Part shown: one piece after another, positions 19,734 through 31,973 of the stretch
How the letters are laid out: every line of letters begins with the position of its first letter
Position numbering within the stretch: position 1 is the first letter of the stretch
From: a virus
Lineage: Duplodnaviria > Caudoviricetes
Virus record (IMG/VR): IMGVR_UViG_3300016722_000150
Coordinates: 1 to 44,002 of that record
Length of the DNA: 44,002 nucleotides
Direction: 5' to 3' (one strand)
Notes under the pieces: generated by a model
The model's input: only the letters and a program-made list of their open reading frames with translations
Database searches by the model: none
Told to the model about the DNA's origin: nothing
Position numbers and translations under genes: made by a program

Positions 19734-20344
19734 TACTGACTTGATTTTAAAAGTTCATTAACTTTTTCGTAACATATTTTTGAAGATGCATCACTACCCA
19801 TAATTGCAAACACTCTTCCGGCACAGAACCAGGAGAACATGTCAATAAGCCTGTCCGGCAAATTTTCGGCTATTACTTTTTTTGAGTAGTGAAAATAATT
19901 TATTACAGGCGATGCTCCCGTTATCGTTTGTGGCAGTGGTATTAAATATCCTCTATCTACTGTGCTTTCTTCATCCGGGATGTATATTACCATAGGCTTG
20001 TTGATGGTTGCTTTAAGATAATAAAATTGTTGTAGTCGGTTGCTTACCGAATCTTCATCGACAGTTTTATTAACATATTGGTTCCATCCAACAAGCCCAA
20101 AGCGAACCATTCGGATAAAATCGACGGGTAGTTTATACACTCATCTATTATCCACCATGTCGGTTAATTGTACGGCGGATAACTTCCCGATAATAGCAAG
20201 GTTATTAGGCAGGAGCTCGCATAACGATTTGGCGGAATCGTCAAGTTCTTTTCCTATTTGGATACTTGCCGGAGTATCGCCGGAGCCTAAAGATATTTCA
20301 TCCATTCGGGCGGCCACTTTTATTATCAGGTTCGGAGTAGTCAT
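19733..20344 (-). CDS. Head-to-tail adaptor-like virion protein, 203 aa (1 TGA)
   Basis: Two track ORFs abut in frame at TGA 20141: DNR[TGA]VYKLPVDFIRMVRF. Confidence 0.7.
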
Positions 20345-20351
20345 TTACCTG

Positions 20352-20738
20352 TTAGTTTTTCCATTCGGGGAATACAATTCCTAATTTTTCAGCTTCCGCC
20401 CGGATCATGTCGTTATTTGTGAGAGACGCCATAGGAATATCGTAATTTTCATTCAGGAAGGTTTTTGCATCCTTGCCTGATGTAATTTTTGATAAATCAC
20501 CTAATGGTTTTCCTTCATCAGGGACATCTTCGGTACCCACAAGTTTAAAGTCAATCCCGAAGGATTTTTTTGATTCGATAGCTTTCTGTTCGTCGACGTC
20601 TGTCGTTACATAAATACCCCTTCCGAAGTATCGCTGGGAATGACCGGTATCAAAAACAATCATCCTTTGTACTCCGTCAATAATAATTGGGGTTGCCATG
20701 TATCTATAACCCACAGATTCGTATATCTTTTTTGTCAT
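20352..20738 (-). CDS. Hypothetical virion-associated protein
   Basis: Follows the major capsid gene; small helical C-terminal module (IRAEAEKLGIVFP). Confidence 0.6.
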   Translation of the reverse strand: MTKKIYESVGYRYMATPIIIDGVQRMIVFDTGHSQRYFGRGIYVTTDVDEQKAIESKKSFGIDFKLVGTEDVPDEGKPLGDLSKITSGKDAKTFLNENYDIPMASLTNNDMIRAEAEKLGIVFPEWKN

Positions 20739-20762
20739 TTTATTTAATGATTTTAAAAACAA

Positions 20763-20797
20763 TATGAACGGATAGCGTTTAATTCTATCCGTTCATA
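20763..20797 (-). terminator. Hairpin after the major capsid gene
   Basis: TATGAACGGATAG/CTATCCGTTCATA 13-bp stem followed by TTGTTTTT on the minus strand. Confidence 0.8.
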
Positions 20798-20811
20798 AAA
20801 ATTATTTATTA

Positions 20812-22194
20812 CTAAACTGCTTTACTGATGATACAGTGAGTATCGGCATAGCGAGTTTCAAGCCCGAAGGTTTCCTCGATAACATAAGCGTCAACATTAC
20901 TCGTTCCTGTCTCTTTCAGATTTAATTTTCTGGTCTGCATGGCTTGGTGTACTCGTTTATTGATATTATTCATATCAACAACTACGCCCTTGGCTGCCCA
21001 ACCAGCGTCATTTAACAGGACATGGTGTTTGAAAAGTAAATTTCCAAAGTTGGTCTGTACCTTGCTAAAGGTAATACCATAAACAACTTCCGTTGAATTG
21101 GCGGCTAACTGTTTCTGAATTGTAGGTACGTTTGAAAGTTCCTCCATGAGGTCAGAACCTACAAAACAGTATCTTAAATCAGCCCCAGAGTTACCTACAA
21201 AAATTGTCTTCGCCCAGTTGTTAAACGTTTTATCATCAATGGCTCCCGAAGTGTACTGTACACCTTTCTTGATAAATCTGGTAATACCACCAGACATATA
21301 TTTATAGTCGTTTCCTTCGGGGTCGAAGATTTTAGCCTTTGCACCGAACAATGAAGTTAATTCCATTGATCTACGAAGGTCAAATAGTGAAAGGGCCTGA
21401 ATATCCCTTGCATCCCATTGCACCTCTTTATTGTGCATTTTTTCATACATAGATTCCTCAATCTGGCACATGTGAATCTGTGTGTAGTTCGACGAATCGA
21501 AAGGCATTAATCCAAAAGGAGATGTTTTTGCATCCTTTTCAGCCTTAGCATTACCAATGCGGGTAAGTTTTGTGGAAGCGGCGATAGCCGGAATATCGGA
21601 GGCTTCGGCATCTGCCAGAGGATTTACGGGAATTACCGATAACTTACCTCCGGTTTCCTTTTTAACAATGTGTAAAACAAGCTCTTTCCCATCTCCACCC
21701 AGCACATTGTTAACAAATATGTTATCATCAACTTGCCAAATATTGGGCTTACTGACGGTAACTTGATATTCCTTATTAGGGTCTTTCGTCTGAGGGGGTA
21801 CAAATGGAGTAGATGCAGAAATAGTGTCCATCGTGTCCCTTACATCCGAGGAATACCATTTAAACTCTCATGAGTTTGTGCTTTCATGACCTCCGGCTTC
21901 CCTGATAAGTGTGTCCATTGGGAAAAGTGAAGGTTTCATCTGCGTAATTCGCTTCGAGATGTCAGGTCTTAACAGGTCAGGAGCGGCAGCAGCGGCAGTT
22001 TCCGTATCTACCGGCACATCAGCTATCACTGAGCCGACAGGAGCAACGGCTATCATAGCTCCACCAGCCACCGGATAGATACTGGCGATAAAGTTATAGA
22101 TGTCGGCAAACGAGTAGCCAACACACAGGGCAACGAGAACGCTCATTGTGAGCAATACAGTCAGCCCTTTTAAAATTTTGATTGATTTTTTCAT
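20812..22194 (-). CDS. Major capsid protein (HK97 fold, SU10/DUF5309-like), 460 aa (1 TGA)
   Basis: Joined at TGA 21868 (STNS[TGA]EFKWY); NYTQIHM, MELTSLFG, MSGGI and TNFG motifs; downstream of the scaffold and followed by a terminator. Confidence 0.85.
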
Positions 22195-22234
22195 ATTTAT
22201 TAATTGATTTGGTTTTAAATAATTGATTTATTGA

Positions 22235-23140
22235 TTAATGTTTAAGTGCAAACCTGTTTTGTTTAATGTTAAAATCCTCCAATGATCTTTCAATGGGATT
22301 CAATTCGGGTTTTGCTTTTTCGGTAGTTTTACCAGTAGATGAGATGGCGGGTGTGCCGTCGCCAATAGCTTTTTCCTCTTTCGCGATTTTTTCTTTAATG
22401 GCAAGGTTTTTACCTTTGATAACACCAATTTCTTTGGCTTCCTCCACTTTTTTGTCGTGGGTTACGCCTTTATAAAACTTTGTTAGAATATCAGTTGTAA
22501 TCTTACCGTGAGAGGTGTTATCCATGATGTCATCAATAACCTGGAAAAAGTTTGCAGCTTCCTCATCGGAGAGCTTGTTTTCTGTTACGAATTTTTGGAT
22601 TTCCTGCGCACTGACGTTTAGATTCTCCTGAATCTCTTTCATCTGTGCATCGGATTCAGCTTTCATCTGCTTGCGTCCGTCAGCATTTTTCTTCCAGCCT
22701 TCAAAATCGGGGTCGCCTTCTGCCGGAACCAGTGCTTTGATTTCATCTTCATCAAGAACATGAGGCAATGCCTGTACGAGTGTAGCTCCTTTGGCTATAA
22801 GCCGGATGATTTCTGCTACTTCGGGGTGGTCGGTGAAAACCGAGATAATCTCAGCGTTCGCCTCTGAATTTTTCTTTAATTTGTCATGGACTCCTGCTAA
22901 ATGGGTGGATGCCAATTCGTCAAGTCCATCACCATCTAAGTTTTCAACATCCTTATCGGGATAATGTTCTTTCAGGAGAGAAGCAGTTTTTCATACTTTT
23001 TTCGCCGGAGCACTCTCTGTTTCCGTTGGCGGTTCATCCGAAGCCGGTTTAACTTCCGGGGTAGCGTCTGTTGCTACTGGTTCATTTCCATCGTCAACAG
23101 GCACATTGTCAGGGTTATTTGGATCAATTTCTTTACTCAT
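22235..23140 (-). CDS. Capsid scaffolding protein, 301 aa (1 TGA)
   Basis: Acidic N-terminus MSKEIDPNNPD... continues through TGA 22991 into the helical track ORF; precedes the MCP. Confidence 0.75.
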
Positions 23141-23259
23141 TTTTACTATTTTTTAAAAATTGTATTTTTTAATCAATTTGAGGCAGTAAAATTGTGGCTT
23201 TTGTTAATAAATGGCGTGCATTTATAACATCTTTTGGTTCAAACAATGCACCAACAAGG

Positions 23260-23267
23260 TACATTTG
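23260..23267 (+). promoter_or_regulatory. -7 element TACATTTG of a rightward promoter
   Basis: TAnnTTTG match in the divergent intergenic region, with TTTG at 23233-23236 (spacer slightly long). Confidence 0.5.
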
Positions 23268-23286
23268 TGCATCATTACGGGACAAA

Positions 23287-23547
23287 ATGGAACTTAATGG
23301 AAATTTTACAGATAATACAACCGGGAAATACCGTCGGCTTTACGCAAACTACCTCCTTATATTAAGGAAACATGGAGCTTATTCTAAGCTAATGCCTAAG
23401 AAAATCCTGTATGCAGAGGCGGGGGATACTGTATGAATGGCTCCGAAAACAGCAGGAAAAATAATTAATAAGATGATTAGGGACAACGTTAAGTTGACCG
23501 AGTTAGAAATGGCGGAAGCCGAAAAAGCATGAACGAATGAATCTTAG
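23287..23547 (+). CDS. Small HTH-like protein upstream of terminase, 86 aa (2 TGA)
   Basis: KKILYAEAGDTV[TGA]MAPKTAGKIINKM completes an HTH-like pattern; the frame ends at a TAG overlapping the terL start. Confidence 0.6.
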
Positions 23548-25546
23548 TCGTGAGAAAATTCGTAAAATAATTTCGGAAAACAAGTCCCGAAATGCTGAAA
23601 TAGATGCGCCATACGATCCTGTTATTGGGATAGGTTCACCTATTCCAAGGTTCCAATTCAACATTGATAGCATAGGAGAACATTACTTAATGTTACCCAG
23701 AACAATGTTGGATATTGATATTATACAATTAATCCGTAGAATCGGGAGTATAGAGACTTTTGTACTTAAATATATCCCCGGATGCAGGAATTACGGAGAT
23801 GCTATTTCTGATTTTGTTGCAAATATCAATAAGCTACGCCTTGAACACGACTTTGAATTTTGGGCAGCTACATGCGCAAAAATAAAACCTAAGGCTGGTG
23901 GCGAAATTCCTTTCATTCTCAACCACCCACAAAGGAGATTGCTTAAAAAACTTGAGAAGTTAAGATTATCTGGTATACCCATAAGGATAATATTACTGAA
24001 AGCTCGTCAATGGGGCGGTAGTACATTGGTACAATTGTATATGGCCTGGATACAGCTTTTTGTTAAAAAAGGTTGGAATAGCGCTATTGTTACCCAGGTA
24101 GAAAATCAAGCCCGGCACATCAGGGGTATGTTTAATACTGTGAGAAAGAATCACCCGAAAGATGTTCTTAACTTTTCATTTGCACCTTACGAGGGGAGTT
24201 CAAAGAATAAATACATCCCTGAACGTGATTGCATCATAGGTATCGGCAGTTATGAAAAGCCGGATAATTTGAGGACGTTTACCTTTCAAATGCTCCATAT
24301 TTCTGAAGTCGGATTATGGACAGAGACATTGGGTAAGAAGCCGGAGGATTTAACGCAGTCTTTACGATCTACTATTCCCCAGCTACCCCTTACTATGGTT
24401 GTACTCGAAAGTACAGCAAAGGGCGTAGGTAATTTCTTTCATCGTGAATGGAAAGCTGCCGAATCTGGAAAAGGGTACGAACCAGTATTCGTCCCCTGTT
24501 ATGAAATTGAGGAATACAGGAAACCAATAAAAGATGTTGTTGAATTTATCAATTCGATGGATACCTTGGATTCTGATGGATATGCTTGGGAGATGTGGCG
24601 ATTGGGAGCCACTCTTGAAAGCATTAACTGGTATTTCAATTTCAAAAATACCGAAGGCTACGACAAATGGCGTATGCAGTCTGAGTATCCGAACACAGCA
24701 GGCGAAGCTTTCCAAACTACCGGACACCGTGTATTTCCATTACCTTATGTACTTAAGGTAAGGAAAAACAATACTGATCCTGTTTTTGTCGGAGAGATAT
24801 TCGCCGATAGTACAACGGGAGCCAGCGCATTAAAAAACATTCAATTTCAACCTGTTAATAAAGGTAATCTATGGATTTGGGCTAAGCCTGACACTACTCA
24901 GTTGGTATCTGACAGATATGCTGTGTTTGTTGACATCGGAGGAAGGAGTGCGGGAGCCGACAACTCGGTTATTCGGGTTATTGACCGACTGCCTTTAATG
25001 AAAGGATTACCTGCTGAAATGGTATTAACATGAAGCGGACACATTGACCACGACCTTTTAGCATGGAAAGCAACACAGATAGCGGAATGGTACGGACATG
25101 CACTGTTAGCGATAGAAAGCAATACGCTAACGTCGGAATCGGAAGATACGGAAGGCGACCACTTCCTTACAATCATGGATACCATATGCAATTTTTACGA
25201 CAATCTGTTTGCCCGCACGGATCCGGACAAAGTAAAACAGGGTATACCGATAAAATACGGATTTCATACAAACAAACAGACAAAGAGCATGATAATTGAC
25301 CGTCTACTTGCCGCTATGAGAGATGATGAATACATAGAACATGACGCAAGAGCCTGCGATGAAGCGGACACTTACGAGACAAAACCTAACGGAAGCCTTG
25401 GAGCCGTAGACGGGTGCAAGGATGATAAGGTAATTACGTCGGCAGGTTGTGTATGGCTTGCATTGGAGTATATGCCACTACCACGGATAATAACACCGGG
25501 AAGAGGAAGAGTAAAAAGAAGAATTGTAGGAGAAGCAACAATTTAA
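23537..25546 (+). CDS. terL: Terminase large subunit, 669 aa (1 TGA)
   Basis: LKARQWGGST, LHISE, LESTAKG; nuclease VDIGG...IESN...DDKV is split by TGA 25031 (LT[TGA]SGHIDHDLLAW). Confidence 0.95.
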
Positions 25547-25652
25547 AAATCAATAACATGGAAGCAAAATTAAACGCTCTTAAAATTTGGATGAGAGTTC
25601 ATTTACAGGAACCAAAGTATTATCAAAAATCAATGAAGGAGGAAACTAAAAT

Positions 25653-26000
25653 ATGGATAAACCGAAACAAATAACGAAAACAAAATACGACAACTTTTTT
25701 TACCAGCAGTATCTTTATTTTCATGATCGTTTTGTGGCATGGAAGAAGAAACGGAATCTTAAACAAGCGATACGGCTTGCAATAGAGAACAATAGGGGTG
25801 ATAAACGCACCTATTACGTTCTACCTGATGCAAAGGGACAGTATAGAGCGTTCAATAACGATGACATACAAACCCTGAAACGTTTTAAGATACTAAGTAA
25901 ACAGGTTAATGTTTACCACCTGTGCCGGGAGGCGGCATTCATCGCCACCAGCAACCCCCAAATTAAAAAATTGATAAAGGACAAATCAAAAGAGCGATAG
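25653..26000 (+). CDS. Hypothetical protein
   Basis: Basic 115-aa ORF after terL. Confidence 0.65.
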   Translation: MDKPKQITKTKYDNFFYQQYLYFHDRFVAWKKKRNLKQAIRLAIENNRGDKRTYYVLPDAKGQYRAFNNDDIQTLKRFKILSKQVNVYHLCREAAFIATSNPQIKKLIKDKSKER

Positions 26001-26216
26001 ATGGAATCTTTAGAGGTATATAAATACGGAACTCGGGTAACGACTAAGTTAGGATGTATACCCGCAATCATTACAGGAGTAACAATTAGAGGAGATTCTG
26101 TATCCTACGAAATAAGCTACTTCTATGAAGGAGAGCATATAACGGTGTGGATAAAGGACATGGAATTTACGGTATATGATGATGCAGAAAAAACTAAAAT
26201 AGGATTCAAAAAATGA
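26001..26216 (+). CDS. Small SH3-like hypothetical protein
   Basis: Beta-rich, ends KIGFKK; TGA-TAG stop. Confidence 0.65.
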   Translation: MESLEVYKYGTRVTTKLGCIPAIITGVTIRGDSVSYEISYFYEGEHITVWIKDMEFTVYDDAEKTKIGFKK

Positions 26217-26434
26217 TAGTACACGTAATTTGCTGGGACGGCATCGAATACGACCGAAACGCAACTCAAGAAGAAATTACCCGGGAAAAAGAAAGCGGAA
26301 ATGTGAAAGAGGAAAATGGAATAATCACATTTGATTTTTCCCTAATGAGAAAATACAAACAAATTAATCATAGCCTTGGGCGGCGTTGTAGAACCCGTGG
26401 ACGATATGTCAGACGCAAATCAATATCAAGATAG
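26213..26434 (+). CDS. Hypothetical protein
   Basis: ATGA-coupled ORF. Confidence 0.5.
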   Translation: MIVHVICWDGIEYDRNATQEEITREKESGNVKEENGIITFDFSLMRKYKQINHSLGRRCRTRGRYVRRKSISR

Positions 26435-26455
26435 TTCCTGATGCAGGGGCTAAAC

Positions 26456-26487
26456 AAAAAAAGGCAAACATTACGTTTGCCTTTTTT
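26456..26487. terminator. Bidirectional intrinsic terminator
   Basis: AAAAAAAGGCAAAC-loop-GTTTGCCTTTTTT between convergent genes. Confidence 0.88.
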
Positions 26488-26488
26488 A

Positions 26489-29407
26489 TTATCTTAGTTT
26501 ATCCTGCATCACCTGTTCGTAGACAAGCTCTATCCCGACAATCTCACTTTCCTTATTGACAAACCCCTGAAACTCGAAGATAAAATACTTTACAGGTATA
26601 CTTGAACCTCCGGTAAGAACGTCGCTTTCCCTTCCACCGGGTGAAGCAAGAAGATAGTACTGTATTTCAGCCATATCCGACGGTAGAGCAATAAGGTTAT
26701 TAGTTCCCGAAACCTTAAACTTGCAATCCTCAAAAGGATTTGCACTATCTCCCGATATGTAAACAAACCTTCCAAATAATCTACTCTGAATCAATTTCTT
26801 AAAGTTCCGACTATCTATTGATAAGGGATTGGTTTTGAAATAAGTATGTAGAAATGACTTTGGAGTTATTGTTGTGATGGAGTTTACAACGTCGGTTTCA
26901 ACTACTTTGGATACATTTTCCGTTTCTTCCTCGTTCAGGTAGTAGATTACATGGTCTTTTATTCCGAGCCACTGGCCTTTATTATTGACAAACTTATCAA
27001 AGGTAATACCCTGATAGATTAGGGTTGTTGTTGCAACTCCGGGGTCTCCTCATGTAATGGAATAGTCCTTAACCGATGAAATTGTAAACGAATCAAGGTT
27101 GATTAGTTTTACCTGCTTGGTACCATTGGCGATTATCAGTTCATTATGGTAATTGTCCCGTCCGAACATGATACCATCATTCAAAAAGTCATTTTTAAAA
27201 CCGGAATCGAAGGCTGCTGAGAGTTTGTCGGCGATGTTGGTTACATTCCTCCCAAATAGAACAAAAATACTGTCCTGCGTAGCAAAAACAATTCCTTTGG
27301 CAACTGTAAGGGATTTGCCAACACAGGATAGATTACTCAACTGAATAATATTCTGGAAAAGCACTTCACCCGTTCCTTGTTGCATGGCATAGATTCCCGA
27401 ATTGGTGAATACCACTAAAGGATATTGCCCGTACTGACCTTCCGATAACGGTTCAGACTGTGTATTCATGCTTTTTATAATAGTACTTCCATCGTTACCA
27501 ATCATATAACTATTGATAGCAGGGAAAATATACGGATTGTTTATTTCCGTGGCCTGAATACGGTTAGAATTATAATATGTGTCGTTTACCGTTACTGTCA
27601 TTGTAGATAAATTGGTAAGTGCTGGGTTGTCAAGTACTTTAAACGGTACAATATCGCCATCAGAATCAATATTTAACGCAAATGAAAAGTTAAGAAATGA
27701 ATGTTCCGTTAGTTTAAACTCTTTTAACAGATATTTTATACTGTTAACCGTAACATGCAACCTTATATATTTTGCAGATGGGTGTGGATAGCACACTACG
27801 CCATTTACTAACCTAAAAACATTTTCATCAGGTTGCCCTAACTTCCCAACATAATGAGTTGAATCCACAACGTCAAAGTTGACCACCTTTTTAGCATTAG
27901 AAATGTTCACATCTGTCTTATAACCAATAGGAGGGAGGTTGTCGGGAGGCGTTACGCTTATGGTTGCCCCATTGTCTTTTAATAAAAATTGTATAAGGTC
28001 TTTATATATGCCTTCACCGGTTGTAGGTAAATCTAAACTATTATCATATCCGCCGAAAAGTTGAGTAGTGGTATCTGCAAAGAATAACCGACTATTATAT
28101 TGGTATTTCTGTTTAGAAAATATCTTGTTTTGAGATAGTTGAAATGAATTTAATGCTGGTTTTGTTTCAATGTTTTTTAACGATAGTTTACGTTTAATTA
28201 TTTTATTAGCATTTTGTTGTTGAGCTTTAATTTCATTAAAAGATATTGAATCAACTTTATAAAAAGTAGCATTTTTAAGTTCTTTAGTTAAATCGGTTGT
28301 TTTAAGTTTATAAAGTGTTAATAGGTATGTCATTTGATCTTCTGTAATATTACCATATGCAACCTCAAAAAGATCAGACAAATTCGTAGTATCTGTAAAA
28401 TTATATTTATCAATGCAGTCTGTACAGTATATATCAACTCCGTCAATAATATTTTCATACTTTGCTAATGAAGAATAATTGTTTGTATCAATATTTACAT
28501 TTACATCACCGAAATTAGGTCTATACAACTTATCAATTGTTGCCATGTCTAATGGATCAACGTTTAATATACAACAACCAATTGGGTAATTTGCGGCATA
28601 TTCGAGCGAACATACATACAGTTTTTGCGCTCTTTCGTAACCAGCATATACATACCTTAATTGTGATTCCATAACACTACTACCATCCAGTAGTTTTCAT
28701 ACGAGAATATAAAATACATACCCAGAATACTTGTCTGAATCTGCAGCTAACGATCTGAGTTTTTGATATACGCCAACTGAATCATTTACAGAATATGGGT
28801 TTATAAATGTATGGGTATTATCATTAAAAAAACATTCATATAAACCAAATAATGGATTGTTATATTGAAAGTTTTCACACGTAGCAAAAGAATTTAAAAA
28901 AGGAATATTATGGATTGAATCATTGACGGTATAAACGCCATCAATATAAACGCTGTAATAAATATCAAGGTTGGTTTCGATAATCAGAACGTTATTGAAA
29001 GTATAAACCTGACTAAGTGTTTCCCCGGAAAGCATTTCATGCAACAACTGATAATTGTCAGGTGTACCATTGTTATTGGTATTTTGAAACATGTATATCC
29101 CAGTGGCTAAATGTGAAAATTTAGTGAAATTTCCAATGTAATATGCGCCACGGTTATAATCCTCAGGTAGAACATGGTGAACCCATATTTCTCCAATTTC
29201 ACATTGAGTTACTCCGTTGGAATCAATAAATTCTACGATGGTATCCTTAACTTTCTTTGGGAATATCGGGCGCCATGCTCCTTTAAAATGACGGAGATTA
29301 TCCATCTCGGCACATGAACCATCTGTGGCCGCCATAGCACTTGTATTACGTTCTATCCCTGTTAGTTCGATAGTTTTATATTCGTGGTTAGGATTCTGAT
29401 TGTTCAT
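26489..29407 (-). CDS. Tail stabilization/nozzle protein (P22 gp10-like), 972 aa (2 TGA)
   Basis: Joined at TGA 28697 and 27050; NRIQATEINNPYIFP and SEGQYGQYPLVVFT beta-propeller-like motifs. Confidence 0.8.
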
Positions 29408-29933
29408 TTTCTTCTGTTATTTTAGCTTCTTCTATAAGTTTCTGCACCTTTCCTTTTGTCTTTTCTCCCTTAGAAAGAATGAGTTGGTTAATTTGTGTAA
29501 ACCAATTATTCGTTGCGCCGGATGGGTTAACACCTTCCGGGCTTCCATCGGGTTGTTTCTCTGCTTCGGTAATAGTGTGCAAAAGCTCAAGGCAAATCTT
29601 TATATTGAATAATGAAGTTTCTCTTGGTATTAGCGTCATTATTCTATCTACCGCTAATACTTTGGCTTCGTAAACCTTTTTTATGTACTCAATTTCCTTT
29701 TCTGCATTTGTTTGTAATATGTTGGTTGCAATCTGCATCGGTTGCTGTTTTTTTGCCTCCAACTTCGTTGCTCTTTCATCATAGGCTTTTTCCGTCTCAA
29801 TCATCCATTCCTTTTTTCACCTCATTAAGGTTGTACTTGGTATACCTGTTCGCTTTTCGGAAGCAATCAGATTTCACTTATTACGTTTGAGTATATCTAT
29901 GGCTAATTTTTTTTGTATTCTTGTATATTTCAT
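29388..29933 (-). CDS. Terminase small subunit-like HTH protein, 181 aa (2 TGA)
   Basis: N-terminal HTH MKYT...ASEKRTGIPSTTLMR[TGA]KK appears only with readthrough (TGA 29874, 29817); helical body. Confidence 0.7.
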
Positions 29934-29937
29934 TTTA

Positions 29938-31971
29938 TTAAGCTTGTGTTTGTTGTTGTCCTAATATACTTTGTAATGCAGCCATCTTTCGGGGGTCTGC
30001 CTGTTGTTGTGCTGCCTGTTGAACCTGTCCTATCTGTTGCATCATTTCTGGTGAAGGTGGTTGTTGTGCCCCCGGAACTCCTGGCTGTTGTTGCATCTCC
30101 TGTTCACGTTTGTTGATCGAATCAAGTAACTTGTCAGCAAAGGGAAGTGATGAATTTTCAAGGAACATCTTTACGTCAATAACACTCTTTTCAAAAAGCA
30201 TCATCAGGGTATCGTCAATCATCTGGCGATAGACCGGTGTATTAGTTCCCTGAACGACCTTTAACGACATGTCAATAGGTTTTATCTTGTCAGGGTCATA
30301 CATCCTGTTAATGTTTCCTCTACTGCCCGTAATCGTTAGCATTCTCGGTTCATTATAATATTGCTTAATGAGCTTCATAATCTTATTATCCCGCTTTTCT
30401 TTCCAAGTGATGAACGTGTCCACAAAATGCTTAACATTAATAGCACTGTTGACGGATTCCTGCTCATATAATGATGATGGCGTTCCGCTTGTCGGGGTTT
30501 TGCCTTGTATACTTTCCTGAATCCCGGCGATGTCCTGCGCCATCTTAAGCTGCGTGGCTAATAGTTCACTGGCTCCGGGATTGATAGTATTAGAGGTTAC
30601 CTGTTGTGGCAATGGTACACCCGGTTTTACCTTTATCCTAATAACACCTCCCTGTTTACTCCATTCATCGGCGAAGTCATCAATATGCATGTCCGCCGGA
30701 ATACAATCTTCAGGTACGAGCAGTAAATCTTTTGCTCCCATGTCGATCATGGTACTCATCTGCGTAATCAGTCGGTTCACGTACCGCTGTTGGTCTATCA
30801 CGTCTTCTACAATACCCCAGGTATCACCGTTAAGTAACGGGTGAAGGGTTGCTACAAATGGATGTTCCTTATGGTCGTAAGGAGTTTCAAACTCACGTAG
30901 AACATGGCCGTAAGGGTCAAGGTACTTAGCGTACCAAACTTCTACGTATTTCTCCCGTGCCTCAATCAGTGGTATTTCTTCCTGCGGAACTCCGGCTTTT
31001 AATCCTTCAACCACACGTTCGGCATTGATTATCCCAATTTCTTTCATGGTTAGGTCTACAATTTTGTAACTGCCATCTGCATAATCGTGTGCATAGATTT
31101 TGTGCATCCCTACCTTTTGCCATATCTCAAAGATTCGACATTTGCCGGGGTCGGAGGGGAAGTAAAAATCAAGGTTTTCAAGCATATTACTTGATAGTCC
31201 CTTGTTACTGTTAACATACATCTGGTAGTTGGAGACACTGTACCATTGTTTTATTTTATCTTCGTCCTCTTTTGAAGATGCGAAGGTGGCTAAACAGGCT
31301 TGCAACGGCAAGTCAATAATCTGCCCGATAAGAGTTAAATCGTTTAATCTAACATCTTCTATATCTGAATTAAATAAGATTCTATTAAAGTTTATGTTCT
31401 CTTCGTACACATCTTCAATCTCTAATTGAGGGATGTAACGATATGTAAATTTACCTATGACTGCTCCTGATATTGCGAACGCCTCAAAATTAGCTGCCTC
31501 TAACTCAACGGCTAAATTGATGTCATGGACATTACGGATGGCATTACCCATCATGTCCGACAGGTCGTTGTCTTCTGAATTTTTAGCGTAAACGATTGTA
31601 TTGGTAGGGTTGCTCCGGTACTGTCCTATCAGGTTTCTGATAAGCTGGCGTATAATATTCTGTTTCAGTGGAATCTTACCCTGCTTTTTGATATAATCCT
31701 CTTCGGTAATCATGTCCCCGGTGTCAGGGTCTTTTACCAAATCACTTCATTGCCGACCACGATAATAGGCAAAGGCTCTCATGGCACGTTTACGGAAGTC
31801 GGAAAGGTTATCCCAGTGGATGCGGCAATTCTCAAGAAGAGTAATATTGTTATTGTCCAACTCGTCAGCGATTCACGAACCTTTAACACTTGAATTTTTA
31901 ATGGAATTATCACCTCCGATGTCGCTCATTCGGAGTGCCTTAAAATTTATTTTCTTTGTGTCTTTTATCAT
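29938..31971 (-). CDS. Portal protein (P22-like), 677 aa (2 TGA)
   Basis: YYRGRQ[TGA]SD matches the P22-type portal G.QW motif; NIIRQLIRNLIG, VIDQQRYVNR; Gln-rich tail. Confidence 0.92.
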
Positions 31972-31973
31972 TA

